Shown: positions 33,777 through 57,962 of the stretch, in pieces
Layout of the letters: every line of letters starts with the position of its first letter
How positions within the stretch are numbered: position 1 is the stretch's first letter
Assembly (NCBI RefSeq): GCF_009914755.1
Contig: NC_060927.1
Length of the DNA: 64,000 bases
Reading direction: 5' to 3' (one strand)
Source of the DNA: the human T2T-CHM13v2.0 reference genome, Homo sapiens
Position numbers and translations under genes: made by a program
Notes under the pieces: generated by a model
Told to the model about the DNA's origin: nothing
The model's database searches: none
What the model saw: only the letters and a program-made list of their open reading frames with translations

Positions 33777-33875
33777 CAGTGTTGAAAGGTCTTTGGAAAT
33801 CAAAATTTTTATTCAGTAGAGCCAGCAATAGTTCCTCACGATTTGTATATTTTTTATCTGGAAATATTTCATTTC
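33777..33875 (-). CDS. UTS2B: UTS2B coding exon 2: (G)NEIFPDKKYTNREELLLALLNKNFDFQRPFNT(D)
   Basis: ttatag acceptor and GTGAGT donor; 99 nt, phase 1-1; in frame with flanking exons. Confidence 0.94.
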
Positions 33876-36800
33876 CTATAATGATCAAAAACCACCATTT
33901 TCAATTTGAGTCACCGAAAATATTTCTAATTAAATTGGTCTTACAGGCTACTATCAATTTGTATATTTGACAACGAAAGAAATGTAGAGAGAGTGTATAG
34001 TCTGAAGGGATGGGTAATTTAAGAAATTATTGAATATATATTGAATGAATATGGACAGTCAGACAGACACAGAGAGAGAATATATGCATATACCTGGAGG
34101 TTGCACCCTAAAGTTTTACCTGTGATTACTTCTGAGTAGAAGAATTGGAGGTGAATTTTACTTTCTTCTTTTTAATCTGTGTTTCTGGAATTTTCTACTA
34201 TTTTATTTAAAATAAGTATAAACTAAAAGTAGTTTTCAAAATAAAAATATAGCATTCTATTTTGTGATTTTATCTGATATACACATTTATATACACATTT
34301 ATATATATAAGCCAGTTTGTGTTCCGGGAATTTCCTTCAAAGCATCCAAGGAAGATTGTGGCAAAGCTAGGATGGTGTCTACCTCTTCCGTATTAACATC
34401 TTTTAATCTTTGTCAATTTACCTCACAGCCATTCATTCCTCAGGTCCCTAAATGTCTCAGTACTGTAATTATCTTCATTCTGGAGTAGAAATTGAGACAA
34501 GAGACTTCTAGCAAGCTATAAAACATGAAGATTCAAAAAAAATCCATTGACAATTCAATTGAAATAATAATTAGTATATTACCATGAACTTTAGTGAGAT
34601 GGTCTGAAAAATCAAACCTTTATCACATAATTTCTGTAAGATCATCTTTTCTTCTCCCTGCCTCTTTGTATTAACTGTTAGAGTGTGAGTAAAAGCAATA
34701 TTAATGAGATTTAAGTTTAGGAGTGAGTACTGTGGTTTCAGCTAGAGAAATGGCTTATAAGTTGACTGGACTATTTCTTAAAATTACCTGTCTTTCCTGT
34801 CTCTACAAAATGTCAGTTGATAAATTCAAACACTTAAATGGCTAATTAAAAGAAGAAAATGAATAATTTGGGGCAAGTGACAGGATCACAGTTTTCTACA
34901 TTAACCAAAGATACCTAATTGTTGCTCAATTCTTCAATTTTCTTTGCTTCATACACATAAAAATTATTGGTAAAATTTTCTTTTGAGTATTTAAAATACC
35001 AACAGAATATCAAATTTTGCTCAGCATCAATTATACAAAGACTCTCAGAGATAGTTTAGTTTAAAAGAAAAACATTATTATGAAATAATGTAATTTTTAT
35101 TTTAATCATTCATTAAAAATGTTAAATTGTAATCTTTAAAATGTTTTCATTGAAAAAAGAAGGGATATTTCAGAGCCAGATAATAATTACTTGTTTCAGA
35201 AAGACAACTATGGTAAGAGAAACAGATCCATTACCTTCAATTTAGAAAATGTATATGACTAAGAGTAATGTAACTAGAAGAGTATGGATCTAAAGCTTTT
35301 TTCCCCTTAATTCACAATCCATTCCTCTGCTTAGTTAAGTGAAACATTTTTCAAAAAACAAAACTGATAGATTTGCCTTTCTTTATTAGTTTTGCTTCCG
35401 ATAATTATACCTCCATAACTCTTTGTCCTCAGAAATTTCTTATCACTATCTCTTAAGAAAAAAACCTCTTTTATGGGAGTCTCTGAAGAAAAACTTTTCT
35501 CAAGGAATTTTAAAAAGTTGATTTCTAAAGTAAGATATTGGCTAAAAAAAAGCAATAGAAAATGAGTCTTTTGTTTCTTGTTTTCATACTTAGTTTTAAA
35601 ACAGATATAGCTTTAAAAGAAAAACACATATATTTTTAATGTTTCTATCTTTGAACAGTTAATATTAATAAAGGAAATATTTGAATATAAAATATCTGAG
35701 TGTAGACACACATTTGACACAAAAGATGGCAAAGCTGCTCCAATACGAGAGAGTGTTTTTGCAAATATTACACAGAAAATGTTGATTCATTGCTACTCGA
35801 GATACTGAATCTTAAGAAATTTAGTTGTCTCTTTGCTTTCCATCTACATGGGAAGGTTTTTACTGCACAGAGACAAGAAATTTTACCAGAAAGAAATCTG
35901 GAAACTCCCAAAACGATTAAATTCACAAAAATAAATTTCCCATAATCTTCTTGGTCATGATACTCTTTCTTCCTCCTTTGTGTTAGGCAGTTTGCCCAAT
36001 TTCAGGCTCATTCCCTCAGGCACACTTTTATATGGTCCCTACCAGATGTAAGTGGGGAGGATTGTGCCATTTGTCTTGGAGAGTTCTAACACACAGAAAA
36101 AAGCTGATAACCCCAACTTTGTAGTCTGTGTCAGCAGATAAATGCTTATTTTAAAATTATATTAGAAGACTAAAAGAAGTCAAATAGTGGATATAAAAAA
36201 TGTATACATGGAGAAGAACTCCCTCTAATCTTGGACTATTTAGATAGAAAATAACCTTACTAATAATTTAATCTTCCTTATTTACATATAATAAAACTGA
36301 GATCAAAGAGGTCTCTGAGAGAAATAGCACCACTGTGCTGTCAGTGATATATGCATATCACTGTGTGGCATTCTGAGGTCAGAGGTGTTATTTAACTGTA
36401 ATCTAGCAAATGATTTAGAGGCAGATTTTTCTCTGTTTCATATACACATGAAATTAGAAGTTACAATTACCTAATCCTAATTTTGCAAAGTCTTCAGCAA
36501 ATAATCACATTTTTCCTCCCATATTCACATTACGTTAGAAACATTGGAAATCTCAATATTTCATAGAAAGAGCAACGTAGACCTACCAAATGCAATGATT
36601 GTGGCTGACCAAAGATAAAATGTGAGTGTCATGGATAAAATCCAGAATCTTTGATTCCCAGGCTTGTATTTAGGTCTCTGAGACTACTTGTTTTTCAATG
36701 GGAAAAATCCTCATAAATAAATAATAAGGGATTATGCAATTTTATTTCCTCTGCCAACAGAACTACTCTACTTTTTATTGATTGAGGTAACAAGGTCTGG

Positions 36801-37296
36801 TAAAATGGAATTAGAATCAGAAATTGGAAACTTGATCCCTTTTCTCAATCTAATGTCATGTAAACAAAATTTATTACATTCTGTCTTGGTTCCCCTTAAG
36901 TAAGCTGAGAGGAAAAGGTTATCTCCCTCTTCCTGACAAGGAAGTCAGAGGAGAGAAACAGCAAGAATTTCAGGCTGGAAAAGGTATTAGAGAACATTAC
37001 TTTAAGTCACTATTTTGGAAACATAAAGAAATGTATTAAAGTTTCAATGAGGCTAAGTTGTTTGCCTGATAAATCATCACTAAATCTCGCTCTAAGGATT
37101 CTCAGTTTAAGAGCTACTTTTTCTATAGAAGCACCACAAATTTTAAATAAAAATTATGTAAATTATAATATTATAAGAGCAGAAACTTATTTTCACTAAT
37201 TTTATCATGGTGTATATTTTCTAGCTGTCATAGATGGAAATGTGATAAACAATGTGTAATGTAGGTGTTAGCATTGCCCTCCTGAAACTGCTATGA

Positions 37297-37695
<399 letters not shown>

Positions 37696-38120
37696 TGTAC
37701 TCTATTTTCATAAAGAACTTACTAATAGTCTTGTAAGATGAAAATCTCCTTTTCCTTTCCCCAAGATAGAGTTTTGAAATATGAAGGATGCATTACTATT
37801 TATACATTCCCAATCTTTGGTCAGGGACTACAAATGAGAAACAAGTGCCCCAATATTTAAAAAAAAATAAACTATAGTTGAAGTGAATTTAGTGCAATAT
37901 TGGGTAAAATTAATTTGGGCAAAATTAATCTACTTGAAAAGAACAGTATTGAAGATGACATTTAATTCTGACCAGCAACTACTTAAGGGAGATTTGGCTA
38001 TTAACTAATATTTATTCCTTAAAACATTATTTCAGCAATGGCAGAAAAATCAAATTTGTTCAAATAGAAATAGAAGAATTACTTACCCACCTGTAGGATT
38101 TTTAATTGATATGCACATAC

Positions 38121-38223
38121 CTTGGGTAAGATATGGTCGTCCATGCACAGATTGTAAAAAAATCAACACGGATAACAAAGTTAGGAGTCCAAAGCAAACA
38201 GTGCTTGAGAGGATCTTGTTCAT
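38121..38223 (-). CDS. UTS2B: UTS2B coding exon 1: signal peptide MNKILSSTVCFGLLTLLSVLIFLQSVHG plus RPYLTQ(G)
   Basis: ATG at 38223-38221 with -3 A; hydrophobic signal peptide; donor GTATGT follows 38121; 103 nt, ends in phase 1. Confidence 0.95.
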
Positions 38224-38347
38224 GTTAAAAAAAATCTTCTGGACTAGCAAAGAAACAGACTTTCCAGGTCAAGATGGATATTTCTATAGCTTTGGAATTC
38301 AGTAGAGCTTAGTTGCAAAAGGCAAGTGTGCCTCAGTTACGAATGAT
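38224..38347 (-). other. UTS2B: UTS2B 5'UTR part of the ATG-containing exon
   Basis: Long polypyrimidine tract and AG acceptor (ttttctttctttctttttccttcatctag) ending at 38348; no ATG before the main start within this exon. Confidence 0.75.
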
Positions 38348-40336
38348 CTAGATGAAGGAAAAAGAAAGAAAGAAAATAAATCTATAAAATGCAATGCAAT
38401 CAAGTAGTTAACATGATTCACTACTTGGAGAAGTGACAGATTTGTTATGGAGTCAATGGCAGGAAGAACCCAATCAATACATCTCATACCCGCCCATTTC
38501 ACTAAAAGCAAGCATTCCTATGCATGCCCACACATTCAAATAGATGCACAAGCATGAAGCAACATCCTGAAATAAAAAACTGTTGGATTTTCATAATTTA
38601 TGGTTTAATTTCCAGATTCCAGGATTAATTAACCTCAAATCTTATTAATACTAAAGCTGAGAGCATAGAGGGCAGGTGGAAATGGGAACAATGTCTTTCA
38701 TTTGACTACTTTTGAGCTAGGTGGTAGTCTTCCTGATAGTGATGTTATTTGCAACTATCACTTTGTTCTTAACCAACTGAATAAACTAGAGAAAAGCTCA
38801 AATTTGAAATGAATCATAATGGGATCACATTACTGTCTCACTATATTAGAAAAGGATGGCTTCATTTTGTTTCAAGCAGCTCTTTTAAAAATTAAGGCTG
38901 AATTTAATTAATTCAAAGCTGGCAAATGTCCCATCAGTTACTCTCTTTAATACTTGCTTTAATTGTGCTGGTTTTCTTTTTAAGTCAAAGTCTTTCAGTA
39001 TATCTCCAATTTCAATTTTATGGCTCCAGTGATGTTATAGTATAATGACCTCTGATCTTGGCATTTACTTGTCCCAAAAGACTTTGGATGTATCCACTCT
39101 AAAATTGACTCTGTTCCAGTGCATACACTGCAGCACATGATGGTATTAACTAAGGAGAATGACTAATCTTTTTACTAACCCGTTGCTTTAATAAAGTTCC
39201 TGAATAAAATCTAAATTACTTAGTTTGATATTTAGGCTTGTTTTTCCTTTACAGTTTCATTTTTCACTATATATTTTTGTGTACCAGCCACATTAGACTA
39301 CTAATTCATGAATATATCCTGCACTTTCTGCACTTCAGAGAGTTGCTGACATGGTTGCCTAGAATCCTTTATTCTACAACCTGCCATTTTACCTACTGAT
39401 TCCTGAAGCTACTGATCAAATGCCACCAGAACTGTTTAGCCTTTTGGATCTTTTTTCTACTTTGAGTCATAACCTTTTTTTTCTCCTTTGGACTGCCACA
39501 ACATTTTGTTTGTATATCTACTACAGTTCAAAATTCATCTCTTCTTTCATTAGTTATGTATTTGCGAGTCTGCCTCCACTATCAAATTGTAAATACTTTG
39601 AGAGCAGTTACAGTCATAGTCATTTCTGTCCCTATGTGCAAGTACCATAGTGGTTTGCGGGAAAAATGAGTGAAAACATGTTTGATGTGTGACTAAATAA
39701 TAACCAAAATTTCTAGTAATTGAAAGGCAAAAATATAACCCCCTTAAACTTTACATCCAGTTATAAAGCTATATGAGCTGAAAGAATAATTGCAACTCTT
39801 TGTGTCTTACTTTTCTTAAGAATTCAACCATGAACAATGATGAACCTAGATCCTAAAAGCTTATTCTTCCATAGCATTTCAAAACCTCTGTCATTCAAAT
39901 ATACCTTGATGATATCTGTCCTTATTTATTTAATAAGTTATTTAAATTAGCTTTCTAAGCTCTATTTTTAAAACATTATATCAAGATGGAAAATAGGAAA
40001 TTAATGTCATGTGATGTAGAGAGAATATATAAATATGATGAAAGATTGTATAATTACAAGTCATATACTTAAAAATGAGATATAAAATAATAAATCTGAT
40101 CAATAATTCAAAATAAAAACCTGAAAATAGGTTTCCAATGAAATTGGAAATTTAGATATGCACTGTATTAAAGACATATGCAGCTTTTATTGCCTTAATT
40201 TTAAAAATTAAGTATAAATAAGATTATTCTATTTTTTAAAGTGTTGATGTAAACTGAAAGAGGAACTCCAATTCTCATGGGTAAGAAGTTTTCCTGAAAG
40301 TGGCAAAATAATTTAACTGTCTTTTGATAAGGTTGA

Positions 40337-40748
<412 letters not shown>

Positions 40749-40875
40749 TATTTATAATTTTGTTTCACATCTTTTTTTCCACAAAGTTTTAAGAAATCTG
40801 ATATAATTTCCGAAATATTTTTCTGCCATATTTTAGGTAATATTGGCAAAGTGATGAAAAATAAGTCCCTAGCTG

Positions 40876-46140
<5,265 letters not shown>

Positions 46141-47164
46141 GACATAGACAAAGAAGTCCCTGTTTCATGACCATTTCCATCCACTTTGGGGAAAAGTCTG
46201 CAAAGATCTTTAATTAAATCTTTTATCTCTCTCTCTCCTTAATAAAATACTAAATTCTTGTCATGAGTGCATAACCAAATCATTCAAATAAAAGCAGATG
46301 TTTACTATCGATTGTATTGGATGGATAAATGAAGTTAGAATATTTGTTTGAGGAGTTCTTGTTATACACATTTATAGTATATAGCAATATTATTGTTGCC
46401 ATTTATTGAGCAATCATCACATGCCAGGCCCTGTACTAAGCACCTCACAAATAGTACCTCATTTAATTTCCATAGCAATCCCTCAACAATTGCACAACTA
46501 TAATTTTTCATCTTTTACAGTAAAAGAAGACAGTTTTGGAACCAAAAGTGAAACCCAGATCTACCCAACGCAGAGCTACATGCTTAACCCACATGATCTC
46601 TTGCCCACATATCACAATTGGGGAAACACAGAGATAGAAAATGATTGCTCCAATAACAGAGACCCCCATTTTAAAGAAAACTTAGAAACATTTGAACTTT
46701 GTATTTTCAATAGCAATACTTTAATAACTCAGTCTATATATCAATTACAGGATATAAATGGCATTTCCATTTTGTCAATGAAGGCTTCGTCAAGTTATAA
46801 TTTACAGGGAACAGATAGCTTTAAGATTCACTTGCATCTGACTATTTCTCACGATGAGTGACAAGAAAAGCACAGATAAGTGTTTGTATGGTGACTCAAA
46901 CTGATTTGAATAATTACTTTCAGACTCCAGTAAGCTCTTGGCCTTATTACTTTTTTTGTAGTAAGAAAATTGAACAATTTTATTTTTACTTCTCTCTGAC
47001 TATTAATTCTTGGTAGAATTCCTTACATGTAGTTAAATGAAAAAAATAGCGGAAGGAAGGAAGCAAAAGTAGAGTTTCTGACATCCTGACAAGACGGTGC
47101 TTGGAGTTTTTTTCATTTAAAAGAGTTAACAATGGCCTGAATTTGTTGAAATAAAGTAGAAACA

Positions 47165-49640
<2,476 letters not shown>

Positions 49641-49856
49641 ATATTTTTTAAATCTGTAAATATTCTGTCTCATCTTTATTAAGAAGAGCCATGAGATATA
49701 CAGACATTTCATCCAGAAGGGGCTTTGATCTAGTGGATGAGCATGGCAGCAGGAATTTTCAAACATAAACATGCTATAATGTGGAAGTTTAGTCCATTTT
49801 CAAGCAGTATCTTCAATAGTGGTTGAGAACATGAAAGATGCCTAAGTAGAAGTGAG

Positions 49857-50188
<332 letters not shown>

Positions 50189-50787
50189 GTGAGTAGGGGA
50201 TTTTGGTCCAGCCTGAGGATTTCAAGTCAAGGATTAGACATACCGTTCTACCCTTGTATCACATGATGGAAAATAAAACATTATTTAGAATCATTACCTA
50301 AGGGGAAACCACTGAGCAAGGATTCAACTGAAATATAAAGGCCCTGGTAATAGGAAGAGAGCAAAAACTGGATTCAAACTCCAGGGTCTATTAGAAGACG
50401 CAAATTTAAATTAGCAGTGCCTTTGTAAGAAAAAAAACTCTCTAAGCCTAAGCATGTTGTAAGCAGCAGGAAACCAGACTCTCAGAATTAAGACCAGAGA
50501 AAAAAACTGTCAAGAAAATGATTTGTGACTCCATTTAAAGGGTGGACTCCTTGGCCAACAGGAGCTATGAGCTATGATAAATGTCCATGTTGTCACTTAC
50601 TTTCTTCAGCTTCCAGGGTGATGGTAGTTCTAGAAAAGGTCCATCCTATCAAGGATCAGGGTCTCTTATATGTATTCTTCCAATCTTCTCAGGAGCTTTT
50701 ATATTATCAATTCCTTTTATAGCTTGCATCTTTAATCTCTCTCTCTACATAATTTTCCCAAGTATCACTAAAAAAAAAAAAAATCTT

Positions 50788-51095
50788 GACCAGGCATGGT
50801 GGCTCATTTCTGTAATCCTAGCCCTTTGGGAGGCAGAGGCTGGTGGATCACCTAAGGCCAGTAGTTCGAGACCAGCCTGAACAACATGGTAAAATCCCAT
50901 CTCTACTAAAAATACAAAAACAGTAGCCGGGCATGTTGGCAGGCGCCTGTAGTCCCAGCTACTCAGGAGGCTTAGTTATAAGAATCGCTTGATCCTGGGA
51001 GATTGAGCTTCCAGTGAGCTGAGATCGCGCCACTGCACTCCAGCCTGGGTGACAGAGTAAGACTCCGTCTTAAACAACAACAACAACAACAACAA
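50788..51095 (+). mobile_element. AluS with (CAA)n tail
   Basis: Alu dimer. Confidence 0.87.
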
Positions 51096-51179
51096 ACTTT
51101 TTGTCTTCCATCTTAAAACAAAACAAAACACCAAATAAGTTTTATTAGGACACTCATATAATCTTCTACCTACTATGTC

Positions 51180-52650
51180 TAGTCTTTCCATCCCATTCAG
51201 GCCAAACTTCCTAAAATAATTTTCTGCCTCTAATACTTTTCACATGTTTACTCTTCAATCCCTTTGAATCTCACTTTCATCTTTCCCTTCACTGAAATAC
51301 TAAAATAGCCCTTTCTAAAAATCTTATTGCTGCTAAATCCAATAAGCACTTGTCTGTCCTCATTTTCCTGGGTATCTCTGCAGTGTCTCCATTGCTGACA
51401 ACGACCTGCTCCTTGGAAAACTCCCTAGTTTTCTTTTTTTCTCCTACTTTCCTGGTTATACTTTTTCGGCTTCTTTTAGCATTTCCTCTTTCTCTGACCT
51501 TTAAAAGATGAACTTTCTCAGGGTTTGATTCTAGATTTTCTTTTATTATCATGCTTTGATATATTCCTAGTAGATACATGGGTTTAATTACCTTCTACAT
51601 GTCAGTGACTCCAAAAGTTATACCTCTCTCCCCACCTCTTTTGTACCACACCTGTGCATCCAAAGACACTTTCCCACCTGGTTTTCTTACAAGGCTTCTC
51701 AACCATGTCACAAACTGAACTACTCATCTTTACCCTAATGTATCATTTATTTTTCAGTATTCACTGTCTTAGAAAATGGCATGACCATTTACCCAGTAAT
51801 TCATTGAAGAAACTCTTTCCTCTCTGTTGCGTCTTCTTTTCCAATCAATCACAAAGTCATCAATTAAGTCTCTTAAATACTTCTCAAACCTTTCACTCCT
51901 TCTATCTTACTTGCTCCCTAGATCAAGAAAGCATCATCTTAAACACCTGCACTGCTGAAATACCCTCAATAAGAAGTCTCATGTTCACTGTTTCTCCCCT
52001 TCATTCTCCAAAAGCTGTCAATCTTTTGGAAATGTAATTATCAGTCTGTAATACTACCGTTTAAAATCCTTCAACTGTTTTCCATTACCCATAGATAAAT
52101 ATTGCGAGTCATAACATGATCTAGAAAATCCTACATTACCCGCCTTCACCCACCTCTCAATCTCATCTGTATCTGTCTTCCCCTTTTCACAATTCAACCA
52201 CAAATACCCTTCTTTCAGTTCTTCAAAAATGTCAAGCAACTTTCTGCCACAAGGACTTTGCACCTGCAGGGAGGCATACTCCCCTTCCCCAACTTACACA
52301 CACTCACACACACACATACACACATACTCCATTTTAAGCCTCAATTAAAGTTGTGGCTTCTTCAACAAAATCTCCCCTGATTTCTCCAGATTAAGCGGGT
52401 CATCCTGTCAGAGCCTTTCACTCCACTGTGTACATTTCCTCAACAGCTCATATCTCAACCGTAAATCAATTACTCTATGTTTTTGTACAGTGTTTCTCTC
52501 CATTGCACTACAAGCTTCAATATGCCACTGTGTATATTTACCTTGTTCATGACTGTGAACATATGGTTACTATCTCCAGTAACCACAATTCCTGGCCCAT
52601 AATTGTTTGCCCAGAAATATCTAATAATTAAACAAATGAATAAAGAAATA
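51180..52650 (+). mobile_element. L2 fragments
   Basis: Pyrimidine-rich L2-like text (ttgctgctaaatccaataagcac..., caaggactttgcacctgc) ending in an aatgaata-type tail. Confidence 0.6.
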
Positions 52651-54292
52651 GAGTAAGAGAACACTTGTGGTTCTGTTTGTGCTTCCATGTCTCTCCTTAT
52701 AAAATTATTTCAAACCCCACCTGCTGGAGGGAAGTCTGATTATTTTACACACAAAATAGGTCTTTCTTAAGGAAAGCGGGAGGCTGAGTGTCTCCAAAAT
52801 TAGGCAGGCCTGGGAATTTCAAATCCAGAATCTCATTGCCTAGAGGAAAAGATAGCAAGAGAAATCCAAGGCTGGCATATTTAGCTGGTTTTCTCCTAAA
52901 TGGAGGAAATAACTGGCATTGAGCAAGTGAGGTAGAGAGGAATCAAACATGACTGTGGTTATTTGATAGGCAAATTAACTAAAAACAGATGAACACCTCA
53001 ATGCATTCATAGAACAGGCAATAAACTGTAATGATGCTTATTGCGCTTGGGAAACAATGTCAACATCTGTGAGAAAGAAACAAAAACCTTTTCTTTAAAT
53101 GAGAATCTCTTCAAATGAAGAGCCTTCCTATAACTTCTGTGCCTTTTCTCCTTGTGTGTGTCTTTTGGACTTGAACTGTGGATTATCCTAAAAGTTTTGT
53201 CCCTGAGGGGTATCTGACTCATGGAGTAATATTAATACTTCTGTCCTTGGCCACTTTCCTAACTTTATTCTTATTAGGAACTAATTTCTTGAGTCTCATC
53301 TGCTCTTCTCTCACACTCATTTCAGCTTTTTCTTTTCTTTTACCCTGATAGCTGGTTTAGACCTTTCCTCACTGTTCAGTAGAGAGAGGAGAATGCTTTC
53401 AAGAGACCATTTCTTTGTTCACACAATTCCCCTTGTCTAGAAGATCTTTATACTTCATTTAGCCTACCTGGTAAACTCATTATTTTAAAAATGTGAGATC
53501 CAAGGTCATATTTTCCAAAAATAATTCCTTGATTCTCTTTTTAGGACAAAATTAATTGCCTCTTCTTTCATATTCTTGTAGCATAATATAATGTGTTATT
53601 TTACCTGTTGCAATATATTTGTTAGTAATTAAGTCAAAGTGTAGGTCTCCCTCTAAATTCTGGGTGGCCTGAGGACAAGGATAGTAATGCCTCATTTTTC
53701 ATTGCACTACACAACTTCTAGCCTGTGGTGTGGATTAAAGGAGAAGACAGATAATAAAATATTTAGCATTACACCTGGCACATAGTGTTAGTTAAAGTGG
53801 ATAATTATTTTATCATCGATTATCCTAACTGAAATAATCTCTATTTACGAACCAAATTAATTTTTTAAAAACCTTATTTATTGTGATAATGCACTTAAAT
53901 AAGTATTTACATTGTCATTCAACAGGTTAAGTGTTCTTGGTCACCTACTTTAGAAAATAAATAGCACTTTCTACTTCTGTCATATAACACTGAGAATTCC
54001 AAGCGCTGGGCTTCTGTCTCTAACATGTAAGATGTTTAGGCTAATTACATCTGAGATCCTTTCCCTTTGAACACTCTGTGGCAATATTTTGATGAATCCT
54101 TTCTTATCATCAACTGTTGCCTAGTTGTAGCATACATATTCATCTTTTTATTTTTTAGGGAAAAAAGGTAAGCCAAGATTCTTATACATTTAACACCCAA
54201 TGTCGTACCTAGCACAATAATAGACCCACAATAACCTTGTGAAAAATGTATACATTGAATTCCAAAAAAAAACAGTCACTGCTTTAACTTGG

Positions 54293-57020
54293 AGATACAG
54301 TTTGGATTTTTGCCCCTGCCCAAATTTTATGTCAAATTGTAATCCCCAATATTGGAAGTGGGTTCTGGTGGGAGGTGTTTGGATCATGGGGTAGATTTCC
54401 CCCCTGCTGTTCTCATGACAGTGGGTGATTTCTCATGAGATCTGGTTGTTTAAAAGTGTGTGGCACCTCACCATTCTCTCTGTTCCTCCTGCTCTGGCCA
54501 TGTAAGATGTGCCTGCTTTCCCTTTGCCTTCAGGAATGATTGTGTTTCCTGAGGCCTCCCCAGAGCCATTATGGTTTCTGTAAAGCCTTCAGAACTGTGA
54601 GCCAGTTAAACCTCATTTCTTTATAAATTACCCTGTCTCAGATGTTTCTTTATAGCATTGTGAGAATGGACTAATACAGAAAATTGGTACCAAGGAGTGG
54701 AGCACTGTTATAAAGATACCTGAAAATGTGGAAGCAGCTTTGGAACTGGGTAACAAGAGGTTGGAAGAGTGTGGAGGGCTCAGAAGAAAATAGGAAGATG
54801 AGGGAAAACTTGGCACTTCATAGAGACTTGTTGAATGGTAATAACCAAAATCTTGATAATGATATCGACAGTGAAGTCCAGGATAAAGGGGGTCTCAGAT
54901 GGAAATGAGGAACTTATTTGGAACTGGAGCAAAGGTCACTTTTGTTATTTGTTAACAAAGAGATTGAATGCATTATGCCCCTGCTCTAGGGATCTGTGGA
55001 ACTTTGAAATTGATAGCGATGATTTAGGGTGGCAGAAGAGATTTCTAAGCAGTAAAGCATCCAAGATGTAGCCAAGCTGCTTCTAACAACAACATATGCT
55101 CCTATGCAGGAGCAAAGAAGTGATCTGAAATTTGAACTTACATTTAAAAGGGAAGCAGAGCATAAAAGTTTGGAAAATTTGCAGCTCAGCCATATAGTAG
55201 AAAAGAAAACTCCATTTTCTGGGTAGAATTTTAAGGCAGTTACAGGAATTTGCATAAATAAAAGGTAGGCAAATGCTAATAGCCAAGACAGTAAGAAAAA
55301 GGCCTCCAAGGCATTACAGAGACCTTTAGGGGCAGTCCCTCCCATCATATGCCCAGAGGTGTAGGACGGAAGGATGGTTTTGTGGGCCAGGGCAAGGGCC
55401 CCAATATCCTATGCAGCCTCTGGACACTGCTCTTCACAGCTCAGTTGCTTCAGCTCCAGCCACGTCTAAAAGGACCCCAGATACAGCTCAGGCTGCTGCT
55501 TCAGGGAGTGCAAGCCATGAGCCTTGGCAGCTTCCATGTGGTGTTAAACCTGTGGGTGCACAGAGTGCAAGAGTTGGGGCTTGAGAGCCTCCACCTAGAT
55601 TTTAGAGATGTACGGCAAAGCCTGGATGTCCAGGCAAAAGCCTGCTGCAGTAGCTGAGCCCTCATGGAGAACCTCTACTAAAGCAGTGCAGAGGGGAAGT
55701 GTGGGGGTGGAACCCCCACACAGAGTCCCCACTGGGGCATTGCCTAATGGAGCTGGGAGAAGAAGGCCACCATCCTCCAAACACCAGAATTGTAGATACA
55801 CCAACAACTTGTGCCCTGCACCTGGAAGAGCCACAAGAAATCAACACCAGCCCTTGAGAGCAGCCACGGGGGCTGAACCCTGCAAAGTCACAGGGGTGGA
55901 GCTGCCCAAGACCTTGGGAACCCACTCCTTGCATCAATGTGCCCTGGATAGGAGACATGGAGTCAAAGGAGATTATTTTGGAGCTCTAAGATTTAATGAC
56001 TGCCCCATTGGCTTTCAGACTTGCATGGTGCCTGTAGCCCCTTTCTTTTCTTTTTTTAACATTTTTTTTTATATATACACATATATACATTTTTTCTTTG
56101 ACACGGAGTTTTCGCTCTTTCACCCAGGCTGGAGTGCGGTGGTGCAATCTCGGCACACTGCAACCACTGCCTCCTGGTTCAAGCGATTCTCCCAGCTCAG
56201 CCTCCCGAGTGGCTGGGATTACAGGCGCCCACCACCATGCCTGGCTAATTTTTGTATTTTTAGTAGACATGGGGTTTCACCATGTTGGCCAGGCTGGTCT
56301 CAAACTGCTGACCTCATGATCCGCCCACCTCAGCCTCCCACAGTGCTGGGATTACAGGTGTGAGCCACCGTGCCTGGCCTGTAGCCCCTTTCTTTTGGCC
56401 AATTTATCCCTTTTGGAATGGGAGTATTTACCCAATGCCAGTAAATCCATTGTATCTTGGAAATAACTAACTTGTTTTTAGTTTTACAGGCTCATAGGCA
56501 GAAGGCACTAGCTTTGTCTCAGATGAGACTTTGGACTAACTTTTGAGTGAATCCTGGAATGAGTTAAGACTTGGGGGACTGCTGAGAAGGGATGGCTGTA
56601 TTGCAATGTGAGAAGGATGTGAAACGTGGGAGGAGCCAGAGGCAGAATGACATGGTTTGGTTCTGTGCCCTCACCCAAATGTCACATCAAATTGTCATCT
56701 CCAGTGTTGAAGGTGGGGCCTGGTGGGAGGTGATTGGATCATGGAGGTAGAATTCCCCCTTTGGGGCTGTTCTCATGACATCTGGTTGTTTAAAAGTGTG
56801 TGGCAACTGCCCCCTCTCTCTCTTGCTCTTGCTCTGGCCATGTAAGATGTGCCTGCTTTATGTTTGCCTTCAGGTATAATTGTAAGATTTCTGAGGCCTC
56901 CCCAGAAGCTCTATGTTTTCTTTACAATCTGCAAAACCATACAATAATTAAACCTCTTTTTAAAACAAATTACTCATTCTCAGGTATTTATTTATAGCAG
57001 TTTGAGAAAAAACTAATATT
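54293..57020 (+). mobile_element. Full-length MST (MSTA-like) MaLR provirus: 5' LTR 54293-54678, internal region, 3' LTR 56648-57020; nested AluS 56043-56379 (-)
   Basis: Two homologous LTRs, typical MST internal sequence, 5-bp TSD CTTGG at 54288-54292 and 57021-57025. Confidence 0.88.
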
Positions 57021-57460
57021 CTTGGTATGGTTACTCTTTTTCCTCCATAAATCTATTTTTGTGTGCATTCCATTTTATCACTTTTTCTTCTTTATTTATG
57101 AAAGTGACTTACTGCCCTAACCAAAATATGTCACCTTCTTTCCTTGACTAACCCAGCCTGTTCCTCTTTAGGTGGATTTTAGCTGTCTTTCCGGGTGGTG
57201 AAACAGATTCAAGAATTTGCATAAGCTTTAGTGAAACTAGAAAAGAAGATTTGTCTCATTCTAGCTGGTGCCCTAAAGATTTGAATGGAAAAAAATACAG
57301 TAGTTCAGACATCCCTGGCTTTGCAAAATGCCATTTTGCTCAGTCTTCATTGAGTCACAGTGCCACTACCTTGTCTTCCACAAGTTTCACTGAGTTTCTC
57401 ACCACAAGAGTGTTGAGAACTGTGAAGATTCTTCAATGTTATCAAAACATTGAGTTATAG

Positions 57461-57819
<359 letters not shown>

Positions 57820-57962
57820 AATTTTTGGTAATATTAATACATCTGTGGAAACCCTATTCAAAGAGCAGTGCTCTAGAAAGATGTCATTATCAAAATGAGA
57901 TTTCTTCCTCTGACAGAATCTGTTAGATGGAGTCAATATTTATGGAGTTTTTATCCTGCTTG

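Noticed and set aside
46406-46861. 151-aa ORF between the two L1s
   Set aside because: Non-ATG start, begins in MIR-like sequence, no recognisable domain; likely chance.
55608-56363. Longest ORF in the track (251 aa)
   Set aside because: It is decayed MST internal sequence read into an antisense Alu; no sign of a host gene.
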